A stretch of 36,170 nt of DNA from a virus. Taxonomy: Duplodnaviria > Caudoviricetes. A program made the translations under genes and the position numbers. Under the pieces are notes generated by a model. That model had not been told where the DNA came from, ran no database searches, and was given only the letters and a program-made list of their open reading frames with translations. Positions 19,591-28,609 of this stretch are shown one piece after another. The stretch covers positions 1 to 36,170 of IMG/VR virus record IMGVR_UViG_3300025353_000011. One strand, written 5' to 3'. Position 1 is the stretch's first letter; every line of letters begins with the position of its first letter.

Positions 19591-19998
19591 TTAGTTTTCA
19601 TCACTGGTTTCTAAATCTGGTTTTTGAATCTGAAACTTATCTAACTCTAGTTGGATTGATTTTAATGTTTGGAAGAAGAATCCTACCTCATCATCAGAGG
19701 AATAACTTCCTTTAGCATCTACTTCCTTTATCTTTTGATGAGATAATTGAATCAAGGTATCTATAGAGGTAATATACTTTTCGTATAGTTCTACTGTTGA
19801 TAGTAGATCTTTTTCTATATCTTTTATCTTGTTTTCTGCTAAGGTCGCAATCTCATTAAGTTCTTTTTCATGGCTGGTCTCTAAATCTTTTTTAGAGTTA
19901 TCTATATTAGAATGGTACCAAAATGCAAGACCCCATCCCACTATTGCTACGAGTGAGATGAGGATTGTTATAATCTGGTTTAGGGTTATTGTAATCAT
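19591..19998 (-). CDS. Membrane-anchored coiled-coil protein
   Basis: N-terminal TM helix; D.KG.Y.SDDEVGFFF motif. Confidence 0.7.
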   Translation of the reverse strand: MITITLNQIITILISLVAIVGWGLAFWYHSNIDNSKKDLETSHEKELNEIATLAENKIKDIEKDLLSTVELYEKYITSIDTLIQLSHQKIKEVDAKGSYSSDDEVGFFFQTLKSIQLELDKFQIQKPDLETSDEN

Positions 19999-20651
19999 TT
20001 ATTAAGTCTTTTATCTCCCATTGATTCAATCCTAGCTGACATGGCATCTGCCTGGTGTATGATATATGGAAGGTTACTATGAAGTTTATACTCAGGTGAA
20101 TATGAAATTAGATAAGATTTATTACCCTCATCATATAATCCAGCCTGTAATTTAATTGAAAGGTATTCAGTCTCTGACACTTCTATACCATGGTTCATTA
20201 GAATAAAAATAGTCCTGTCGTAATCCTTCATGAAAGAAAGTTTAGGATTAAATCCATATACTTCACCCATCTTATCTCTTCTCCAGTTATCAGTCTGTTC
20301 TATATAAAATTCATGATCCTCATCCCCCATCTTACCTAAATCATGTACTAAGCAAACAAATGTAAGCTCTTCCAGACTGAAGTCAATCTCTGCTCCCTGC
20401 TTCTTCCACACTTTAGTTAGGGAAACTGCTGCATCATATACATTAAGGGTGTGTTGTATAAACCCTCCGGTATACGCACTATGATAAGTAATCTTAGATG
20501 AGGCTGGCATTAATGATAACCTCTCGGCATAAATATTAAGTAAGTCTAGGAGCTTATCCCATCTGTTCTTTAGGTTTGATTCAGACTTAAATTGTTCTGC
20601 GATACTTATGAATCTTTCCCAGTTTTGTTCTATTTGTTCGGGTGTTAACAT
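19995..20651 (-). CDS. HD-domain phosphohydrolase (YhaM-like)
   Basis: PAS....YH.AY.GG...H.L.V, HDLGK, HQAD. Confidence 0.88.
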   Translation of the reverse strand: MLTPEQIEQNWERFISIAEQFKSESNLKNRWDKLLDLLNIYAERLSLMPASSKITYHSAYTGGFIQHTLNVYDAAVSLTKVWKKQGAEIDFSLEELTFVCLVHDLGKMGDEDHEFYIEQTDNWRRDKMGEVYGFNPKLSFMKDYDRTIFILMNHGIEVSETEYLSIKLQAGLYDEGNKSYLISYSPEYKLHSNLPYIIHQADAMSARIESMGDKRLNK

Positions 20652-20661
20652 AACTTTTATT

Positions 20662-20976
20662 TTAAATTTGAGCGTTAATATTAGGGTTTGGAGGTACAGT
20701 TACATTACCTGTACTAGTTAATACCCAACTAGGGTAGTAGTGTGTCGGAGTTGGATTAACCCCCCACAAAGGACCTACATGTTGATAAGGTATAGAATCC
20801 GGAATATATACCTCATAAGGTATAGTAACATACCCTTCTTGTCCTGTGAAGGATGGTAATACATCGTAAGGTATCTTAAAGTCCTCTTTGAACTTTTTAC
20901 ATTTATCAACTATACCATCTTCTGTACGTTTATCAAACGGTAGGTAGTATATAATAATTGTTTGTGTTGTTATCAT
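20662..20976 (-). CDS. Hypothetical protein
   Basis: ORF track; first gene after the leftward promoter. Confidence 0.6.
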   Translation of the reverse strand: MITTQTIIIYYLPFDKRTEDGIVDKCKKFKEDFKIPYDVLPSFTGQEGYVTIPYEVYIPDSIPYQHVGPLWGVNPTPTHYYPSWVLTSTGNVTVPPNPNINAQI

Positions 20977-20992
20977 TTAAGTAATTTTGCCA

Positions 20993-21062
20993 CAAAGATA
21001 GGAATTTATTTTGAATAATTGAAAAATAATTTTACAACTATCAAAAAGATTTATTATCTTTG
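20993..21062. promoter_or_regulatory. Divergent pair of Bacteroidota sigmaA-type promoters
   Basis: TATCTTTG on minus (20993-21000) and on plus (21055-21062) at the strand switch. Confidence 0.8.
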
Positions 21063-21086
21063 CATTCGAATTAAAACCAAATACTA

Positions 21087-21320
21087 ATGAGAGGCCACTT
21101 GAAAAGAGGATATAAATTAATTAAAACTGATGGTAAAACATTCAGTATTGTAAATACAGAAGGGTTGATTACATTGCCTAAACTCCTATCATTTAAGGAG
21201 TTCTTAAATGAAGATGAAGGTTATGTAATCTGGAGTGATAAGAAAGTATGCCTGTTATTCCAGGTAGCTAAATTTGAAGGAACTATAATTAAAAAGCAAA
21301 GGAATGAAAATACAGTTTAA
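21087..21320 (+). CDS. Hypothetical protein
   Basis: ORF track; follows promoter. Confidence 0.6.
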   Translation: MRGHLKRGYKLIKTDGKTFSIVNTEGLITLPKLLSFKEFLNEDEGYVIWSDKKVCLLFQVAKFEGTIIKKQRNENTV

Positions 21321-21486
21321 AGTAAGATACAACGGATATAGACAACCAGTTACTTCAGTATTTGAAGTAGATGTACCAGAAGGTATTACAGACTTAGAAA
21401 GAAACAAAATTGTTGAAGAGTTCTTCAAAGCTAATATTAACCAAGAAGGGATTATTCAGAGGTACCCTTATGAAATTTTAAAATAG
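21304..21486 (+). CDS. Hypothetical protein
   Basis: ORF track; operon packing. Confidence 0.6.
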   Translation: MKIQFKVRYNGYRQPVTSVFEVDVPEGITDLERNKIVEEFFKANINQEGIIQRYPYEILK

Positions 21487-21491
21487 TAATC

Positions 21492-21833
21492 ATGGAAAAA
21501 ATAACAAAAGATACCATCTTCCGTAAATCAGAACAGATTGTAGATTATTGTATAATGGATTATACAGTTGAGCATAATGGGTACATGGGGGGTGATGCCG
21601 GCCATGGAGGTTATCTTAACATAGTATTTGAAACAGATTACGGTACTTACTGGGAAGTAAATGGTAAAGTTCAACCAGGTAAATTATCCATACGCTTAGA
21701 GGGAGATTCTGAAAAAGAAGTTTTTATAACAATGTTAAAAAATATTGTTACCTTTGTAGAAGCTAATCTTGAAGCTCATGATAAGGCTCTAAGAGAGGAA
21801 TATGAAGCTAAACAATTAGCTGCCAAAAAATAA
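21492..21833 (+). CDS. Hypothetical phage protein with GGDAGHGG motif
   Basis: ORF track; NGYMGGDAGHGG and GDSE motifs. Confidence 0.7.
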   Translation: MEKITKDTIFRKSEQIVDYCIMDYTVEHNGYMGGDAGHGGYLNIVFETDYGTYWEVNGKVQPGKLSIRLEGDSEKEVFITMLKNIVTFVEANLEAHDKALREEYEAKQLAAKK

Positions 21834-21836
21834 TTT

Positions 21837-21972
21837 GATATTTATTACTAGCCATGTGAAGCAGACGGGCTAAGGAATCTTAAAGAAAAGAAACTTTAAT
21901 ATAGTAGGAGAGAGTAAATAACTCCCACGCCCTGAACCTAGCTGCTTCCTAGAGTTCGGGGCTTTTTCTTTT
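21837..21972 (+). promoter_or_regulatory. Structured leader: ATATTTAT motif, then two hairpins with complementary loops, the second terminator-like
   Basis: TAGCC..GGCTA hairpin with GAAGCAG in its loop (21858-21864); stem 21929-21962 with loop CTGCTTC (21942-21948) followed by a T-tract. Confidence 0.7.
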
Positions 21973-21998
21973 ACCAAAACTTTTAAAAACATAAAATT

Positions 21999-23333
21999 AT
22001 GTTCTCATTTTACAGCGACGGAGTAAAACATACTAAATCAGATGAAGCTATAGATATGCTAACTCTGATAGATTACTTGAAAGATAATCCTCTTAAGGAT
22101 TATATTCAAGAGATTAGAAACACTAGACTAAAAGGTGATAAATCTTATAAAGAAATGAAGTTATCACTTCCAAATATATCCCCTAATTGCATTACTTCTC
22201 ACAGATGCTTGAGACAAGAAGTGTTTAGTAAGAACTTTCATAGAATGTCTAAGTATCTCTATTTTGATATAGATGATGTAGAAGATATAGAAAATTACAA
22301 AAAGCATTTAATTGATACCTACGGAGAGCAAGCTGTCCTTATATGTACCTCAGTTAGTGGAAAGGGTATCTCTATGTTTTTCAGGATAGATTCAGACTTA
22401 AGAGAAAATAATTTTAGGTCAGTATGGAACTATATCAGAAATACCATTTTAGAAAATGAGAATGTAGATGAGAAGGTATCTAACCTAGGTAGAATATGGT
22501 TTCTCACACAAGATGAAAATCTTTTTTTCAATCCAGATGCTAGTATAAAAATACCATCGAAAGTTTTAAGAAACATTCACCCCCCTTACGATATTGAAAA
22601 GGATAGCACTAAACCTTCTAAATCTGAAAAGAGGAAAATAAAAGAGCAAACAAAACAATCTAAAAGTAGGCTTATGAAAATATACAATGAACTAGAGGAG
22701 CCTTACACCTCAGATATTACCTCTATACCACCTTCAAGTACTCTAGAAGGCATAATATGGCAGACTCCGGTATCTACCGACAAACCTATTGTAGAAGTTA
22801 AGTCACACGAATCTTTCAAACTATACATCCCTAAATCAATAAAGGACGGTAAGAAGAGGTCTACTTTTGTTCGTATAATGAATACCTTATTAGAACTTAA
22901 CCCTCACTACACTAAAGAGCAGACTTTATCTTTCTTATCAGGTATTAATACCAGGAATACAACTGTACCTATGGTTGAATCAGAACTAGTTAGATTGGTT
23001 AATTTTGAATATGATAATATACTTAAGAGGGGCACTGCTTATGCTAAGTCTAAGACCAAGAACCTTGTATTCAATAAGGATTGTGATCTATCTAGATTAG
23101 ATAAGATGAAGGTAGCTAATAAGATTAATGGATCAATCAGAAAGAATAATACCATAAAGATTATAGAAGAAGCTATTGAATTACTTATATCTTATGATGT
23201 TAAGGTTAACAGAGTTAATATCTGTAATGTATCTGGATTATCTTACTCTTCTGTTTGTAGGAATTATTACGAACCTACCTCTAATGTTAATTCTATAGTT
23301 GAGAGTATAAATAATACTCTTTCAGTATATTAA
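21999..23333 (+). CDS. BT4734/VirE_N-like primase-polymerase domain protein with PriCT-like and C-terminal HTH regions
   Basis: K..LP, LYFDIDD, TSVSGKG, D....GR.WFL..D.NLFFNP; IKDGKKR..P....E; terminal HTH. Confidence 0.75.
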   Translation: MFSFYSDGVKHTKSDEAIDMLTLIDYLKDNPLKDYIQEIRNTRLKGDKSYKEMKLSLPNISPNCITSHRCLRQEVFSKNFHRMSKYLYFDIDDVEDIENYKKHLIDTYGEQAVLICTSVSGKGISMFFRIDSDLRENNFRSVWNYIRNTILENENVDEKVSNLGRIWFLTQDENLFFNPDASIKIPSKVLRNIHPPYDIEKDSTKPSKSEKRKIKEQTKQSKSRLMKIYNELEEPYTSDITSIPPSSTLEGIIWQTPVSTDKPIVEVKSHESFKLYIPKSIKDGKKRSTFVRIMNTLLELNPHYTKEQTLSFLSGINTRNTTVPMVESELVRLVNFEYDNILKRGTAYAKSKTKNLVFNKDCDLSRLDKMKVANKINGSIRKNNTIKIIEEAIELLISYDVKVNRVNICNVSGLSYSSVCRNYYEPTSNVNSIVESINNTLSVY

Positions 23334-23380
23334 TATATACTATTATTATGATTATACATTGTTTGAATACTAAAATACCT

Positions 23381-23388
23381 TATCTTTG
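23381..23388 (+). promoter_or_regulatory. Bacteroidota -7 promoter element
   Basis: TATCTTTG, intergenic, 20 nt before ATG. Confidence 0.75.
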
Positions 23389-23408
23389 CAGTCTAAAATA
23401 AAAAAAAT

Positions 23409-23648
23409 ATGAGCAAAGTTTACAGATTACAGAATGGACCGTTCATTATATATGAAGATGGTACCGGAAAGAAAGTTAATACGTTTAGGAATAATACACC
23501 TCCTTATTCTGTCTGTGATTGGGTTAATAATTGTATCGAAGACGATGAGGTTGTTATCACCAATTCTCCTATGTTTGAAAGATTAATTAGAGATAGGTGT
23601 AAGGTAAAGGTAAGTTATGAAAAGTTTGATAACCTTTATAAAAAATAA
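23409..23648 (+). CDS. Hypothetical protein
   Basis: ORF track. Confidence 0.65.
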   Translation: MSKVYRLQNGPFIIYEDGTGKKVNTFRNNTPPYSVCDWVNNCIEDDEVVITNSPMFERLIRDRCKVKVSYEKFDNLYKK

Positions 23649-23651
23649 TCT

Positions 23652-23864
23652 ATGATCGGAGTTTTAATAGGTGATACATTTGTAGATTTTGCAAATTCAG
23701 ATATAATCTGCCCAAATTGTAATCACAATCATAAAGATAAGGCAGATAAAGTTACAGACAGAATCAACAGGAACAAGACCTGGATAACTAAACTTACCTG
23801 TGAGTGCAGTACTAGATTTAAAATTACTGTGTGTTATACAGGAGACTTTGAAACATTTATTTAA
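23652..23864 (+). CDS. Small putative zinc-binding protein
   Basis: CPNC...CEC. Confidence 0.6.
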   Translation: MIGVLIGDTFVDFANSDIICPNCNHNHKDKADKVTDRINRNKTWITKLTCECSTRFKITVCYTGDFETFI

Positions 23865-23870
23865 TAAAAT

Positions 23871-24644
23871 ATGATAAAGAACAACACAATCTACAAAGGT
23901 AAACCTTACCTCACTTTTGAGAAATATCCCGAATACAGGGGTAGCAGTAAGCTGAATAAAGTACACCTAGACTTAGGGTTTACAAAGCTGGTATCTAGAA
24001 TAAAAATAGACAGAACTGTCCCATATGATCCTGAGAAGATAATACTGATTAACGCATACACCGGAGGTGTAATAGGTAAATATGAATGGTGGGATGTGCA
24101 AGGTGTAAGTGGTAGCTTCAGATCTACACAAAAACCAAAAGAAGATAAAGATATTTTATTTCACGGAGAAATAGAAGAATGCTTCATTACTAAAGATGGT
24201 AGATTCATAGGAGATGCAGACAGAGCCTGGTGGTATTACCAAGAACAAATGGTAGTGTGTAGAGACTACCCTCTCGGAGTAGCTATAAAAATTAAAAAGG
24301 ACATGTACGATTATGTGCCAGATAATCATTACAACACAGAAGCAGACCCTACAACAATAGAAGGTTACTACGGATACACCCACAGAGGGGGACAGATGTT
24401 CAAACTTGGAGATAGATTATTTGAAGAAGCATATGTTCCAGTAGAAGAAGATTACGAAGATTGTGGATGGGCTGGGTATGAATTAAAATACCAGGAATTT
24501 TTAAATAAAGCTGATGGTCTTGATTTAAAATGGGATAATGGTATTGCAGATGTAATACCTTTCAACAGAAGGGGAAAGGTAACAATAAAGACTTGGGATC
24601 AAGCTAAGCAAGCAGCTATTAACATTTCAAAGTACTTAGGATAG
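23871..24644 (+). CDS. Hypothetical phage protein
   Basis: ORF track; YGYTHRG...F..GD.LF motif. Confidence 0.75.
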   Translation: MIKNNTIYKGKPYLTFEKYPEYRGSSKLNKVHLDLGFTKLVSRIKIDRTVPYDPEKIILINAYTGGVIGKYEWWDVQGVSGSFRSTQKPKEDKDILFHGEIEECFITKDGRFIGDADRAWWYYQEQMVVCRDYPLGVAIKIKKDMYDYVPDNHYNTEADPTTIEGYYGYTHRGGQMFKLGDRLFEEAYVPVEEDYEDCGWAGYELKYQEFLNKADGLDLKWDNGIADVIPFNRRGKVTIKTWDQAKQAAINISKYLG

Positions 24645-25288
24645 TGAGTTCACTTATTGATTTTTCAAAGCTAGAGAAAAAGCCTAAGCAGGATGATAGT
24701 ACACCCTTCAAGCCGCGTATTAAGCAATCTCTTCACCAGAAGATAAAGAATGGTAATAAAGGTGAGATAGGCACCAAAGATATAGTATTAGCTCTGGCCA
24801 ATTACTACAAATGGCATAAGTGCTATGTTAATAATGCTTACTGTTTTAATGATAACTTTGAGAATGACTTCGTAACAGTGTATGAATCCTTGTACGTAGC
24901 AGAGATAGAGATAAAGGTAAGTCGTAGTGACTTTTCCGAGGATTTTTCTGGGAAACCTGATAAACATAAAATGATGTTAGAAGGTACCCAATGGGAATTA
25001 ATACCTAACAAGTTTTATTACTGTGCCCCTAGAGGCCTCTTACTAACCAGTATGATACCTCCTTATGCAGGATTGATGGAGGCAGTAACAGATTCTGAGG
25101 GAAATCTTACCTGTAATATAATAAAGGAGGCACCATTTATACATAAGGAAGATGTATACAGTAAGATTAAGGATAGGATATTCAGGAAGTTAGCCTGGAG
25201 ATACAAACAGATACTAATGGGAAATTTAGAGCTTCTTTTCACTGATGAGGATGTAGATGAAGAAATAAATTTTATAGAATCGAAATAG
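24644..25288 (+). CDS. MmcB-like PD-(D/E)XK nuclease
   Basis: E.D...EIEIKVSRSDF..DF..K.H, PNKFYY..P, IP.YAGL; GTG start. Confidence 0.75.
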   Translation: MSSLIDFSKLEKKPKQDDSTPFKPRIKQSLHQKIKNGNKGEIGTKDIVLALANYYKWHKCYVNNAYCFNDNFENDFVTVYESLYVAEIEIKVSRSDFSEDFSGKPDKHKMMLEGTQWELIPNKFYYCAPRGLLLTSMIPPYAGLMEAVTDSEGNLTCNIIKEAPFIHKEDVYSKIKDRIFRKLAWRYKQILMGNLELLFTDEDVDEEINFIESK

Positions 25289-25292
25289 TTAC

Positions 25293-25300
25293 TATATTTG
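25293..25300 (+). promoter_or_regulatory. Bacteroidota -7 promoter element
   Basis: TATATTTG in the intergenic gap. Confidence 0.65.
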
Positions 25301-25318
25301 CATTGAAATTAAAAAGTT

Positions 25319-25807
25319 ATGATAAAAAGAATCACACACGAGGAAACAAAGAACTACCGGCTGCTTGATCCTGAAAAGGATTTCCGGTACAGTATGGATT
25401 GTGCGGTAGCTTTTACCTTAACAGAAAGTGAACCTCATCCGTGGGAGGATGTGCATTATTTTGGAGAGGCCTTTGTTGATCCTACTACATCAGTACTTAA
25501 GCCACAGTGGGTCTATGTAATGCTTAACAGGTCTTTAGGAGGAATTTGTAAAATTGGAAGTACCACAACTAGTGTTACACAGCGTGCTAAAGAATTATCT
25601 TCACAGACAAGTAGTATAACACCTTGGTACCCTGTCTTTAGTTTTAAAGTAGGAAATGCAATTATGTTGGAGAAAGAAGTGCACCAGTATCTGGAAGATA
25701 GAGGGTTTCGCGTGTCCCCAAAAAGAGAAGGTTTCTATATTACCTCTGAAAAAGCAATAGAAATAATTAAACAATTAGGTGAAAAGTATTTAACAATTAA
25801 AAATTAA
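25319..25807 (+). CDS. T5orf172 (GIY-YIG-like) domain protein
   Basis: WVYVM.N...G.CKIG.T....QRAKEL, LEKEVH..L, RV...RE.F. Confidence 0.85.
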   Translation: MIKRITHEETKNYRLLDPEKDFRYSMDCAVAFTLTESEPHPWEDVHYFGEAFVDPTTSVLKPQWVYVMLNRSLGGICKIGSTTTSVTQRAKELSSQTSSITPWYPVFSFKVGNAIMLEKEVHQYLEDRGFRVSPKREGFYITSEKAIEIIKQLGEKYLTIKN

Positions 25808-25810
25808 TTT

Positions 25811-26101
25811 ATGAACTTATCCTTAGAAAAGGAGTACTTCAAACAACAGAAAGAACAAGGTTTTAATGAAGAAATAGAACATCCGGCTTTTGGGGAAGAA
25901 GAATGTAACTACCTAGAGTATAAAGGATATCAGGGAACTGCAAACTGGGATGAAGAAGAGGACTTGTGGTATGGAAAGGTCGTAGGATTAAATGTGCGGT
26001 ATGAGGGAGATTATCTTAACTCACTTATAGAAGATTTCCATGCAGCAATTGATGAGTATTTAATAACTAAAGAAGAAAATAATGACACCAGAAGTATTTA
26101 A
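25811..26101 (+). CDS. hicB: HicB-like antitoxin, no adjacent HicA
   Basis: LEYKGYQG...WD.E...WYGKV.G....YEG....L..DFH.AIDEYL. Confidence 0.7.
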   Translation: MNLSLEKEYFKQQKEQGFNEEIEHPAFGEEECNYLEYKGYQGTANWDEEEDLWYGKVVGLNVRYEGDYLNSLIEDFHAAIDEYLITKEENNDTRSI

Positions 26102-26402
26102 AAAGTACCTAAACCTTTTAGATGAGATATCTAAGGTAAATAGTTCCTTATACAATTTAGGGGTAGATTTGATGAACTATGAAGATAAATTCTACTCAGT
26201 AATTGATTTATTAGTCACAGAATTGTTTGGAGAGTTTGGCTCAGATCACTTAACTGAATTTGAACTAAATCCTAAAAAAGAGTACTCCAAGGAAAATCCT
26301 ATGTGCTGGGATGGAGAAACTAATGAACCTCTATACTGGGATGCTGATTCTTTGTATGATTATCTGGTCAGCCAGAAATATATTTGCTCGATTAAAAGTT
26401 AA
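26082..26402 (+). CDS. Hypothetical protein
   Basis: ORF track. Confidence 0.7.
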   Translation: MTPEVFKKYLNLLDEISKVNSSLYNLGVDLMNYEDKFYSVIDLLVTELFGEFGSDHLTEFELNPKKEYSKENPMCWDGETNEPLYWDADSLYDYLVSQKYICSIKS

Positions 26403-26406
26403 TCAT

Positions 26407-26414
26407 TATCTTTG
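26407..26414 (+). promoter_or_regulatory. Bacteroidota -7 promoter element
   Basis: TATCTTTG 6 nt before ATG 26421. Confidence 0.7.
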
Positions 26415-26420
26415 CAAATT

Positions 26421-26690
26421 ATGAACCTAACAGCAATACAAAGATTAAGACAAGCAGTTAAAGATAAAACCGGTGAAAAGGTTGAGGCTTCTGCAGAAAA
26501 ACTATCCTTGATAAAAGAGCGTTATAAGTTTTTAGATTCAAAACTACGTGATGCCAAGTTGATAGAAGTGGCAATAGAGTATTATGATACTCTTCAGGAA
26601 GGAGAGGATAAAGATACAGTAACAGAGGCATTTATAGCAGGAGTTCTTTACAAGACGTGGTTAGATGCAGTAAGTAAACAAAAAATATAA
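26421..26690 (+). CDS. Hypothetical protein
   Basis: ORF track; start moved to ATG 26421 because the listed TTG is inside the promoter. Confidence 0.65.
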   Translation: MNLTAIQRLRQAVKDKTGEKVEASAEKLSLIKERYKFLDSKLRDAKLIEVAIEYYDTLQEGEDKDTVTEAFIAGVLYKTWLDAVSKQKI

Positions 26691-26693
26691 TTT

Positions 26694-26882
26694 ATGAATA
26701 ACCAACTAGGGTTATCAGATAAATTTTACAGAAAATACGATAGATATAATATTGTAGTTCAGGTACAGCATGATTTAGTGGTACATCAAAAAGACCCAAT
26801 AAAAGTGTTAGAAAGAGTTATTGAACTTTATATACAAAACTATGGAGGTCTTACCAAACCTTGGTACAAAAGAATATTTTAA
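26694..26882 (+). CDS. Hypothetical protein
   Basis: ORF track. Confidence 0.6.
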   Translation: MNNQLGLSDKFYRKYDRYNIVVQVQHDLVVHQKDPIKVLERVIELYIQNYGGLTKPWYKRIF

Positions 26883-26892
26883 ACAGTAAAAA

Positions 26893-27534
26893 ATGAAAAA
26901 ATTAATTTCAACAATTGTAATGTGCATTTTTTGCACAATCCTTTTTAGTCAAGACACGATAGTATTTAAACATACTAATTACACAAGTGTATGGAGTAAT
27001 GTACGTAAATACCCCTATAAAGTATTGTGGATTGAAACTAAAGCTAAAGTAGCTTGTGAACATCCTCTTGTAAGGAAGGATGATTTTGCACCAGATCCCT
27101 TAAATACAAAGGCCACTGATTTACAAAAGGATTATAATGGTAGTGGGTATGACCGGGGACATAATAGTGAATGTTCAGCCAACTTATGCCAGACTCAGCA
27201 AGTACAGGATGAATGTTTTTACTTTTCCAATATGATGCCTCAGCCACACTGCAGTAATGCCGGAGATTGGAAATCTTTAGAAACATATACTAAACAACTA
27301 GCTACTAAATTTGATAGTGTAGAAGTTTGGAGTGGGGGATCTGGCTGTATCAAAAAGTTTGGAAAAGATAGTGTAAACGTACCGGAAAAGACGTGGAAAG
27401 TATTCTATGTGATAAAAACTAAAACATGGGGTGCATATATCTTTAATAACATACAGGATAAGCAGGTAGGTATTAAACCTCATGAAGTACAAGTCAAGGA
27501 TGTTGAGAAGCTAACAGGCTGGAGCTGGAAATAA
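26893..27534 (+). CDS. Secreted DNA/RNA non-specific endonuclease (NucA/Serratia type)
   Basis: Signal peptide MKK..; R.D.F..D, Y.GSGYDRGH, FYFSNMMPQ, N.G.WK.LE, VP...WK. Confidence 0.9.
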   Translation: MKKLISTIVMCIFCTILFSQDTIVFKHTNYTSVWSNVRKYPYKVLWIETKAKVACEHPLVRKDDFAPDPLNTKATDLQKDYNGSGYDRGHNSECSANLCQTQQVQDECFYFSNMMPQPHCSNAGDWKSLETYTKQLATKFDSVEVWSGGSGCIKKFGKDSVNVPEKTWKVFYVIKTKTWGAYIFNNIQDKQVGIKPHEVQVKDVEKLTGWSWK

Positions 27535-27555
27535 TTATAAATAAAAAACAAATAT

Positions 27556-27903
27556 ATGAATTACAAAGTAATTAGGGTAGGCCCTGAAGAAATAGAGTTT
27601 GAAAAGGGTATAAAATTATCCTCCAATCACAATCAAGATTGTTGTGAGTCACATTATTTATGTTTTGAACATTTAACTATAGAGGATTTTGATGGGTTAG
27701 AATTTAACTTAGAGGAGGATAACTTTTTCAATCGTTTAGAATGGTACGGTATTGAATTAATACCAGTAAAAGGACATTCGGTAAGAATACCTGGATATGG
27801 ATCAAACAATGGATACTACTCTACTGATTTGAGTTTAGTATTATCCGGTTTAGGTAATACTAGATTATTTGATATAAGTGAATGTCAAGATATAAGTGAA
27901 TAA
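27556..27903 (+). CDS. Conserved hypothetical phage protein
   Basis: H.QDCCE and G.NNGYYS motifs. Confidence 0.75.
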   Translation: MNYKVIRVGPEEIEFEKGIKLSSNHNQDCCESHYLCFEHLTIEDFDGLEFNLEEDNFFNRLEWYGIELIPVKGHSVRIPGYGSNNGYYSTDLSLVLSGLGNTRLFDISECQDISE

Positions 27904-27921
27904 CAAATAAAAACAAACAAC

Positions 27922-28065
27922 ATGATAGATAAAAGGTTAGTTGAACTATTACAGAATCTAATGGCCTTAGATAAAGTAGACAAAGATTATTTAAGGTGGT
28001 TATTAGAAATGAGAAAGATTACTCTAGAGGAGTTCCTGGAAGTACAAAAAGATGAATTCGAATGA
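27922..28065 (+). CDS. Small hypothetical protein (47 aa)
   Basis: Manually read MIDKRLVELLQNL...DEFE; ATGA overlap with the next gene. Confidence 0.6.
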   Translation: MIDKRLVELLQNLMALDKVDKDYLRWLLEMRKITLEEFLEVQKDEFE

Positions 28066-28289
28066 TCCTAGAGGTAACACTTAGAATAGATGTAGGAGAG
28101 AACTTCCTCTCTGATAACCCCACTCAAGCAGAGCTTGACTGGCTGTATATGGACCTGATGAATGAGGGAAACCTTTGTCTAGAGAGTCAGCAGGAGCCTA
28201 TAGGGTTTATTATAGGTGTAGGAGATATAAAACTGACACTAGGTAGTACAGGACCTGATATTCCTAAAACAAGTTATTTTAATGTATAA
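28062..28289 (+). CDS. Hypothetical protein
   Basis: ORF track. Confidence 0.6.
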   Translation: MILEVTLRIDVGENFLSDNPTQAELDWLYMDLMNEGNLCLESQQEPIGFIIGVGDIKLTLGSTGPDIPKTSYFNV

Positions 28290-28591
28290 TGATGGATTTA
28301 GCAACAAAAAGCAGAATGATGATTGAAAGCAGTAAAACTCGTAGTGTTATATTGTTAATAACAACCTCTGGCACATCTTTTAGAAATAATGAATGGAAGA
28401 TTACCTGTATGGTAAGTCAACATCATGTAAAGACCAGACCTGAGGATGCCACTATGATTGGAGGTAGTGTTGAAGCTGATTTGGATCAATATACTATACA
28501 TCTAGCATCTTCGTTTATACTTAAACGAGGTAATACAACTATCTACATCAACGCAGACAAAATTGAACAAAAAGTGATTTATTCAGTCTAA
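28289..28591 (+). CDS. Hypothetical protein
   Basis: ORF track. Confidence 0.6.
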   Translation: MMDLATKSRMMIESSKTRSVILLITTSGTSFRNNEWKITCMVSQHHVKTRPEDATMIGGSVEADLDQYTIHLASSFILKRGNTTIYINADKIEQKVIYSV

Positions 28592-28597
28592 TTATCC

Positions 28598-28605
28598 TAT
28601 CTTTG
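28598..28605 (+). promoter_or_regulatory. Bacteroidota -7 promoter element
   Basis: TATCTTTG 4 nt before ATG 28610. Confidence 0.7.
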
Positions 28606-28609
28606 CACC

